A DNA stretch of 64,000 nucleotides, taken from the NCBI RefSeq assembly GCF_009914755.1, contig NC_060947.1. One strand, 5' to 3'. This document shows, piece after piece, positions 54,582 through 64,000 of this stretch (positions are counted from its first letter, which is position 1; every line of letters begins with the position of its first letter). The notes under the pieces were generated by a model that saw only the letters and a list, made by a program, of their open reading frames with translations, was not told the origin of the DNA and made no database searches. The DNA comes from the human T2T-CHM13v2.0 reference genome, Homo sapiens. Position numbers and translations under genes: made by a program.

Positions 54582-57480
54582 AAAGATGCCATTTCCAGTA
54601 GACAAAATCTCCTGGTTAAAAATTGTGGGTCTTGAATTCTTTATTTCCTAGGAGCCCACTATAAAAATAATCTTTCACTAGATTATAATTTTTTAGTTAA
54701 TTAATAAGGTTAGAACAATAAATATGTCTCCCCTTGCAATTATGGAGTTACAATGTCCTGGGGTAGACTCATAGGTCTTCCAGTTGTTATTTCAAATAGG
54801 GATAACTGTTGTTTTCCAAAAGGGGCTGATCTTAGGTTAAGCAAAACCAAGGAAAGTGCATTCAGCCATGGAATCTTAAGAACTTCTGTTATTTTTGCCA
54901 ATTGAGTCTTAATTATTCCATTTGTACATTCCACCAGTCCAGATGGTTGGAAATGATATGCACAATAAAAGTGCTTGAGGATGGGTCAAATTTTACATAT
55001 TGATTGAATTATCTGTCCAGTGAAGTGAGTGCCTCTGTTGCTCTGAAATTCCATAGGAACTCCCCACGTTGGAATAATTTTTTCTAAGAGAATTTTACTT
55101 GCTACTAAGTCCATTTCTTTTCTGAATGGAAAATGCTTCTATTCAACAAGAAAACATGCAAATCATCAGTAGAACAGAATTGTATCCTTGTGATAGTGGC
55201 AGCTAAATAAAATTTCATTGCCATACTTCAAAGGGGCCTACAAATAAAGGAAAATGTCCTTGGGAACTGTGTAAAAGTTTTCCTGGATTCTATTTTGGGC
55301 AGATATGGCAGCGATTGTATGCCTCATGACCTATAGTCAGAGAAAGTTTCCAAAAATATTATTTTCCACAAGCAACCACTTTATCAGGGCTCCAATGAGT
55401 GAAATCACGTACATAGGTAAAAATGATGACCACAATTCAGCAGGAAGTATAGGCAAGTTTTTTGACCCCTACCGTATCTAATCTTTGGGAGAGTATGTTC
55501 CTCCTTTTGTTTTCCAACTTTCCTGTTTGGATTTTGGAGCTCTAGATTTAGTTCATTTTATGTCAAATTCAGGTGCTTTTAAAAAAAGTTATTCTCTTTT
55601 TTGGGGTGCTTATTTTAAAGTTAATATAAATTGCTTTTCTTGTTTAGATGCATTTAGAGCATCTCTTAGTGTTACCTTATCAGCTAGCTGATTTCCTTTG
55701 CTTTCTGGAGTATCTGATTTGGAATGACCTAGAATTTTAATAATGGCCAGTGATTTGGGTAATAATATGGCTTCTAATCATTGTGAAATAAGATATCAAT
55801 TTTTTATGGGCTGACTAGAAGTTAAAAATCCTCTTTGCTTCCATAGCATTCCAAAATTATTAGCTACTCTAAAAGAATATCTGCTGTTTGTATGAATATT
55901 AGCATTTTTTTTCACCAATTGACAGGCCCTGATTAATGCTATCAATTCTACTTGTTGAGCTGAGGTGGCTTCTGGAAGGGAAGCACTTTCCATTTCTTCA
56001 GTTAAATATACTCCTGTATAGCCTGCACAGTAAGTCCCAGATTCATCTTTTAACTAAGGTCCATCTATAAACCAAACAACATCAGTGTTAGTAAGGGTAG
56101 TCTCCTGCAGGAGTGTTCTAGAAGAGATAAGCTTGTCAGTTAAGATTACGCAATCATGCAGCATCTCATCTGAAGGTAGAGGCAGAAGGGTGGCAGGGTT
56201 TATATTATTGCACCTAGAGCTTGTAAGGTGAGGTACAAAAAGAAGAACTACATAAAAAGCTAGTCTGCTGACAGAATAATGTTGAGTGTGGTTTGAATTT
56301 AGAAGTGCTTCCACAGAATATGGAATGAAGACAGTGAGGGGAATCCCATCGCCATTTTTTCAGGGTTTTTTTTGTTTTTTTACTAAAAGAGCAGTGGCAG
56401 TTACTCTCTTCAGGCAGTGTGGCAATCTTTTAGCCATGGCATCCACTTGCTGACTACAGTATCCTGTAAGTCTATTTTGGTCTCAGTGTTTTTGTGACAT
56501 AACACCTAAAGCATTTCCCTTATTTTTATGGACAAACAATGAAATGGAATATAGATGCTGGGGTATTTATAAGGCTCTTTGTAATCTCTTCCAAAGTTAA
56601 CGAATTTTCCTCAGTCCATTCCAGGGGATCTGGCTTGTGTTTCTTTAAAAGAGTATATAGATGTTGAGTTGTTTTTTTTTAAGCTTGGAATCCAATTTCT
56701 ACAGTATACTGCCAGTCCCCCAAATCCTCTTGGTTGTTTCTTAGTTTGGGGGATAGGAAGGCCAATATTTCTTTTATTCTATCCTGGTAGATAAAAAGAC
56801 CTTCCCTTGATATTAGATGACCCAAATATCTTACCTGTTTTTGACAAAACTGAAGTTTTTCCTTTGACACCTTGCATTCCTTTAAGGCTAATTGTTGTAA
56901 TAAGTGAATCCCATCTTCTATAGAGGCTTCTTTATCCTCTGAACTGAGAAGCAAATCATCTATGTATTGTATTAAAATGGATTTCTTAAGGAAGTCAATA
57001 TCTGAGAGATCTGCTTCTAATATTTTTTAAAAGTAAGTTGGGCATTCAGTGTATCCCTAAGGCATGAGTTTCCAAATGTGTTGTTTGTCTTCCCAAGTGA
57101 AGGCAAAGAGAAATTGAATGTCTTTATCCATAGGAATACTAAATAATGCACTATATAACTTAATCACAGTAATGATTCACATTAGGTAAGGATAGCAGTC
57201 AAAAATGTATGGGGCTTTAGAACTACCAGATGGTGAGGAATGATTATATTGTTAATTGCTCTCACACCCTGTACAAACCTCCATGCTCTATCATTTGCAT
57301 TTCTTACAGGAAGAATTGGAGTATTACATGGGTATGTACAGAGAATAATCAGACCCCTTTTTATATAGTCTAGAACTATGAGTCTTATTCCTTCCAAAGC
57401 TTCTGGTTTTAAAGGGTATTTTTTAAAGTTTAGATGAGGTTTTTGTGGGTCTATTTGAATTTTTATTGGAGAAGCTAAAT
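54582..57480 (-). pseudogene. Decayed class I ERV pol (RT, RNase H, IN)
   Basis: 'YPCNTPILPV' (ORF 57182..57511), YIDD at 56955-56966, 'QVRYLGH', 'VVWFIDG', 'SAQQVELIALIRA', and IN 'ECTNGIIKTQL'. Stops and frameshifts throughout. Confidence 0.92.
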
Positions 57481-57719
57481 CCCTCCATCTTCTAACCCCT
57501 ATTACTACCAAAAACCTAGAATCTGCATTTTCAAATTATAGACACTGATTCCCATACCCGTGGAGGGGGGAAAGCTGCTCTCTCAACCAAATCTCCAAAT
57601 AGCACTTGTGGTCTCTCAAATTTATATTCCCAGAATTAAGGCTACAAACTTGAAATCAATTAAAATAATCAAAGAGCTAGAATGGGGTGGGTTGGGTATG
57701 GAAATTCAGTTTTATCTTA

Positions 57720-60700
57720 GTAGTGCTAAGAGGGAAAATATACCTGTAAATGCTAACATTAAAAAAGAAAAAAGATATCTCATCTATAACCTAACCTTAC
57801 ACCTTAAAGAACTAGAAAAATAACAAGCTTAACCAAAGCTAGCAGAAATAAATAAAAATAAATATTAGAGCAGAAATCATTAACATAGAGAATATAAAAA
57901 GTAGGGAAAAACAATGACGCCAATAGTTGGTTCTTTGAAAAGATCTATGTGACTGACGTATATTTAGCTAGATTAAGAAGAAAAGAGACAAATAACTAAA
58001 TAACTAATAACTCAAATAACTAAAAGCAGAAATGAAAGGACATTACAAATGATTTTGCAGAATTAAAAAGCATTATTAAGACATAGTATAATTGCACACC
58101 ACTATGATGACCTAAATGAAATGGATAAATTCCTAGAAACAGACAAATTGCCAGAACTGAATCCAGAAGAAGTAGAAAATTTGAACAGACTTATAACTAG
58201 TAAGGGGATTACATCAGTAATAAATAACCAAAACCCCTGGACCGGAATGCTTCACTGCTGAATTCTACCAAACAGCTAAAAGAAGAATTAGTACCATTCC
58301 TTCTGAAACTCTTCCATAAAAATTAAAGGAGGAACACTTCTACAGTCATTCTGAGACCAGCATTATCCTGATACTAAAGCCAGACAAAGGCACTACCATC
58401 AGAAAGAACTACTGCACAATATCTCGGATGAACATTAATGCAAAAATTCTCAACAAAATACTAGAAAAGAGATTTCATCAGTACATTAAAAAGATTATAC
58501 ACCATGACCCAGAGGGATATTTTTCTTGGAATGCAAAAATAGTTCAACATGCAAAAATCAAAGTAATATATCACATTAACAGACTGAAGGAAAAAAACCC
58601 CACATGATCATCTCAGTTGATGTAGAAAAAGCATTTGACAAAATTCAGTAACTTTTCATGGAAAAAACTCTCAACAAACTAGAAATAGAAGGAAATTTCC
58701 TAACATAATAAAGACCATATATGCAAAGCCCACAGCTAACATCATACTAAATGGTGGAAGATTGAAATCTTTTCTTCTAATATCAGAAACAAAACAAGGT
58801 TTCTTAGTTTCACCATTTCTATTCAATATAATTCTTGAGGTCCTGGCCATAAGAATTAAGCAAAAAAGAAATAAAGGGCATACAAATTGGAAAAAGAGAA
58901 GTAAAATTACTTCTATTCACAGATAGCATGATTTCATATGTAGAAAACCCTATAGAGTCCACACCAAAAAAAGCTGTTATAATAAACGAATTCAGCAAAG
59001 TTGCAGGATACAAAATCCACACACAATCAACACACAAAATCCAGTTGCATTTCTACATACTAACAATGAATAATCTGAAAAGGAAATTGAGAAAACAATT
59101 TTATTTGTTTCAAAAATAAATATTTGTTTATTATTTCAAAAATAATGAAATACTTAATAACTTTCTCTCTTCAACAAATAGCGTCTGGACAACTTCATAT
59201 CCACATGCAAAAGAATGAAGTTGAACCCTTGCCTTAACTCACATACAAAAATTAGTTGAAAATATATCAAAAAACTAAACAAGAAAAACAACTAAAACTC
59301 ACAGAAGAAGACATAGGGGAAAATTTTATGACATTGAATTTGTCAATGACTTCTTACATATGACATCAAAAGCACAGGCAACAAAAGTAAAAAACAGATA
59401 AACTGGCCAGGCACGGTGGCTCACGCCTGTAATCCCAGCACTTTGGGAGGCCGAGGCAGGTGGATCACGAGGTCAGGAGATCGAGACCATCCTGGCTAAC
59501 ACAGTGAAACCCCGTCTCTACTAAAAATACAAAAAATTAGCTGGGCGTGGTGGCTGGTACCTGTAGTCCCAGCTACTCCAGAGGCTGAGGCAGGAGAATG
59601 GCGTGAACCTGGGAGACTCCGTCTCAAAAAAAAAAAAAAAATTAAAAAATTAAAAAAAAAACAGAGAAATCGGACTACATTAAAATTTAAAACTTCTGTG
59701 CATGAAAAAATATAATAAATTAAAAGACAATCCATAGAATGGGCGAATATATTTGCAAATCATATATCTGATAAGGGGTTTAAAAAGAACTTCTACAACT
59801 CAACAACAAAAAGCAATCCAAGTGAAAAATAGGCAAAGGACTTCAATAGACATTTCCCTAAAGATGATATACAAATGGGCAATAAACACATGAAATATGC
59901 TCAACATCTTTTTGTATCAGAAAAATGTAAATCAAAACCATGATGAGACAGCACCTTACATACATTAGAATGGCTAATACAAAACAAAAAACAAACAGAA
60001 AACAATATGTGTTGACAAGATTATTTTTAAAAATCTGAAATCTTGTACACTTTTGGTGGGAATGTAAAATGGTGAAGCTGCTGTGGAAAACAACATGGCA
60101 GTTCATTTTAAGAACGGAATTACCATATGATCCTGCAATTTTACTTCTGGGTATGTATCCCAAAGGATGTAAAGCAGAATAATCTCTCTTTCATCTTAAA
60201 AAAAACTTGTTTAAAGACTGAATACATAGAAACAGAGTAGAAAAGTGGTTACCAGAGGCAGGGGTAGGGGTGGAGGGAGGAACTGGGAGATGTAGTTTAA
60301 AGGGCACAAAGTTGCAGTTACTTAGGATGAATAAGTCTAGAGATCTAACATACAGCATAATGATTATAGTTAATAATACTGTAGTGTATACTGGCAATTT
60401 GCTAAGAGAGTAGATTTTAGGTGTTCTTACCCCAATACACAAAAGGTAACTTTGAGAGACTAGGATAGATATGTTAAACAACTTGAACACAGTAATAACT
60501 TAACAATATATTTATATCAAAACATGTTGTATGCCTTAAATATATATAAGTTTTGAAAAAAAGAATTTCAAGCATGGTCTTAGAGATTTGCACACCCATG
60601 TTTATAGCAGCATTATTCACAATAGTCAGGAGGTAGAAGCAACCCAAGTTTCTTTCAGTGAATTAATGGATAAACAAAATGTGGTATATACATTCAAGGA

Positions 60701-61070
60701 AATATTATCAGCCATTAAAAGGACAGAAATTCTGACATGTTATAACATGGATGAAATTTGAAGATATTATGCTAAATGAAACAAGCCAATCACAAAAAGT
60801 GAAATACTGTATGATTCCACTTATATGAGGCAACCAGAATAGTCAAACTCATAGAAACAAAAAGTAGAAAGGTGTTTGTCGGGGCTGAGGGAGAAATGAG
60901 AAATGAGGTGTTGTTTAATGGGTATAGAGTTTACGTTTTGCAAGATGAAAAATTCCTGGAAACTGATTGCATAACAATGGAAATATACGTAAAACTATTG
61001 AACTGTACACTTTAAAATGTTTAAGATGGTAGATGTCATGTGTATCTCACCACTATTAAAAATTTTTAAA
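57720..61070 (+). mobile_element. Old L1M (L1MB-like) ORF2 and 3' fragment with nested insertions
   Basis: Diverged ORF2 motifs (MISYVENP..., 'atcatctcagttgatgtagaaaaagcatttgacaaaatt'). A second L1M 3' end lies at about 60190-60560. Confidence 0.85.
59405..59660 (+). mobile_element. AluY with a right-arm deletion
   Basis: 'gagatcgagaccatcctggctaacacagtg' and 'agaatggcgtgaacctgggag|actccgtctc', followed by a poly(A) tail. Confidence 0.93.
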
Positions 61071-61169
61071 CAGCAGTTTCTTATTGCATGTCTGCCATGT
61101 GTCAGCCACTATACTCTGTTCTTTTTCATGATTTTTAAAGAGATATCTCTCTCAAGCTCCTCACTTCCT

Positions 61170-63627
61170 CCTTAACTCATTCTACAAAGCCAGCATACCA
61201 TGATACCAAAACCTGGCAAAAAAAAAAAAAACAATGAAAAAAGAAAACTACAAACCAAAATATCCCTGATAAACACAAATGCAAAAATCCTTAACAAAAT
61301 ACTAGCAAACCAAATTCAGCAGCATATCAAAAATCCAATTCACCATGATCAACTAGGCTTCATTCCTGGGATGCAAGGTTGGATCAACATATGCAAATCA
61401 ATAAATGTGATTCACCACATAAACAGAATTAAAAACAAAAATCATATGATCATCTCAACAGATGGAGAAAAAGCTTTTGATAAAATCCAACATCCCTTCA
61501 TGATAAAAACCCAAAACAACATATTAGACATCAAAGCAACATACTGCAAAATAATAAGAGCCATCTATGCCATACCCACACCAAATATCATACTGAATGG
61601 GCTAAAGCTGGAAGCATTCCCCTTAGTAACTTGAACAAGACAAGGATGCCCACTCTTACCACTCCTATTCAGTATAGTACTGGAAGTCCTAGCCACAGCA
61701 AACAAGCAAGAGAAAGAAATAAAAGCCATCCAAATAAGAAAAGAAGAATTCAAACTATCTCTCTTCACTGATAACATGATTCTATACCTAGAAAACCCTA
61801 AAGACTCCACCAAAAGGCTCCTAGAACTGATAAGTGACTTCAGTAATGTTTCCAGATACAAAATCAGTGCACAAAAATCAGTAGCATTTCTATACATCAA
61901 GACCATTCAAGCTGTGAGCCAAATCAAGAATACAATTGAATTTACAATAGCCACAAAAAATAAAATACCAAGGAATACAGCTCACCAAGAAAGCAAAAGA
62001 TCTCTACAAGGATAACTACAAAATGCTGCTGAAAGAAATCATAGGTGACACAAACAAATAGAAAAACACTGATGCTCATGGAGTGGAAGAATCATTATCA
62101 TTAAAATAACCATAATACTGCTCAAAGCAATCTACAGATTCAACGCTATTCCTGTCAAGTTATGAAAGCCATTTTTTTTCACAGAATTAGAAAACACCAT
62201 TCTAAAATTCATACGGAACCAAAAAAAAGAGCCCAAATAGCCAAAGCTAAGAAAAAAGAGCAAAGCTGTGGGCATCACATTATCTGACTTCAAACTGTTA
62301 TAGGGCTAGAGTAACCAAAAGAGCATGGCACTGGTACAAGAACAGCACATAAACCAATGAAACAGAATAAAGAACCCAGAAATAAAGCCACACACCAATA
62401 GCCATTTGATTTTCAGCAAAGTTGGCAAAAATAAGCAATGAGGAAAAGACTCCTGATTCAATAAATGGTGCTTGGATACTGTATAGCTATATGCAGAAAA
62501 ATGAAAGTGGACTCCTACCTTTCACCATATACAAAAATTAACTCAAGATGCATTAAAGATTTAAATGTAAGACCTCAAAACTATTATAATCATAGAAGAA
62601 AACCTAGGAAACATCATTCTGGATATTAGCCTTGGGAAAGAATTTATGACTAAATCCTCAAAAGCCATGGGAACAAAAACAAAAATTGACAAGTGGGACC
62701 TAATTAAACTAAAGAGTTTCTGCACAGCAAAAGAAACTATCAACAGAGTAAAGAGACAGCCTACAGAAGGTATGAAAATATTTGCAAACTGTGCATCCAA
62801 CAAGGGTCTAATCTCCAGAATCTATAAGGAACTTAAACAATTTAATAAACAAAACATAAATAACTCCATTGCTCCATATCACTAATCATCAGGGAAATGC
62901 AAATCAAAACCACAATCAGCCAGAATGGCTATTACTAAAAAGTCAAAAACAACAGATGCTAGCAATGCTGTGGAGAAAAGGGAATGCTTACACACTGTTA
63001 GTGGGAATGTAAATTAGTTCAGCCACTGTGTAAGGCAGTTTAGAGATTTCTCAAAGAACTTAGAACTACCATTCAACCCATCAATCACATTGCTGAGTAT
63101 ATATCCAAAATAAATCATTCTACCAGAAAGACACATGCACTGGTATGTTCATTGCAGCGCTATTCACACTAGCAAAGACATGGAATCAGCTTAGGTGCCC
63201 ATCAGCAGTGGACTGGATAAAGAAAATGTGGTACACATACACCTGGAATACTAGGGAGCCATACAAAAGAACACTATCATGTATTTTGCAGCAGCATGGA
63301 TGCAGCTGGTGGCCATTATCCTAAGTGAATTAACACAGGAACAGAAAACCAAATACCACATTTTCTCACTTATAAGTGGAAGCTAAACACTGAATACACA
63401 CGGACATAAAGATGGCAACAATAGACACTGGCAAGCACTCAGGGAGAAGTAGTCGGGGGGAAGGAGGCGAAGGGATGAAAGACTATTACATACTATGCTC
63501 AATATCTGGGTGATGGGATCAGTCATACCCCAAACCTCAGCATCACACAATACATCCATGTAAGAAACCAGTACATGTACCCTCTGAATCTAAAATAAAA
63601 GTTGAAATTATTTTTTAATTTAAAAAA
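61170..63627 (+). mobile_element. 5'-truncated older L1P element (RT to 3' UTR)
   Basis: ORF 61200..61634 carries L1 RT motifs ([23 protein letters not shown]). 3' UTR ends 'ctctgaatctaaaataaaagttgaaatt'. Confidence 0.9.
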
Positions 63628-63639
63628 GTGTACACAAGT

Positions 63640-64000
63640 TTTAAAAATTAAAATAAATGGAATTGATATACAATAGTTGTACATATTACATATTTTAGGG
63701 GTACATGTGATATTTTGATATATGTATATGATGCATAATTAAATCAGGGTAACTGGGATATCCATCATCTCTAACATTTATCTTTTCCTTGTGTTAGGGA
63801 CATTACAGTTCTCTTCTAGCTATTTTGAAATGTATAACAAATCATCATTAACTATAATCTCTCTGCTATACTATCAAATAATAGAATGTATTCCTTCTAT
63901 ATAACAATATGTTTGTATCTATTAACCCACTTCTCTTCATCCCCCTCTCTTCTACCCTTCCCAGCCTGTAGTATACACTATTCTACTCTCTATGTCTATG
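63640..64000 (-). mobile_element. L1MA-type 3' end, antisense, running off the window
   Basis: 'ggggtacatgtgatattttgata...aaatcagggtaactgggatatccatca...ttctagctattttgaaat'. Confidence 0.82.

Overview
This window is primate DNA, almost certainly human Xp11.22. It holds one protein-coding gene, NUDT10 (DIPP3-alpha, a 164-aa Nudix diphosphoinositol-polyphosphate phosphohydrolase; Pro89 separates it from NUDT11), on the + strand in a CpG island at about 11.7-12.8 kb. The coding region is intronless. An intron appears to split the stop codon (TA|G), and the 3' UTR ends in a poly(A) signal that appears to come from an old L1. The rest is decayed transposable elements: old L2/MIR/MaLR fragments (1-11 kb); a ~16-kb nest of class III (ERVL-type) proviral remnants between two related LTRs (19.3-35.2 kb); a class I ERV (LTR-env-pol, minus strand) whose integrase is split by two full-length L1s at one target site (37.7-57.5 kb); and L1 3' fragments to the end. 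I see no convincing new multi-gene system. The most notable observations are the NUDT10 splicing and 3'-end architecture, an old duplicate of its last-exon acceptor 3.7 kb downstream, and the nested element history. Repeat subfamily names come from recalled consensus sequences, and boundaries without a target-site duplication (TSD) are approximate.
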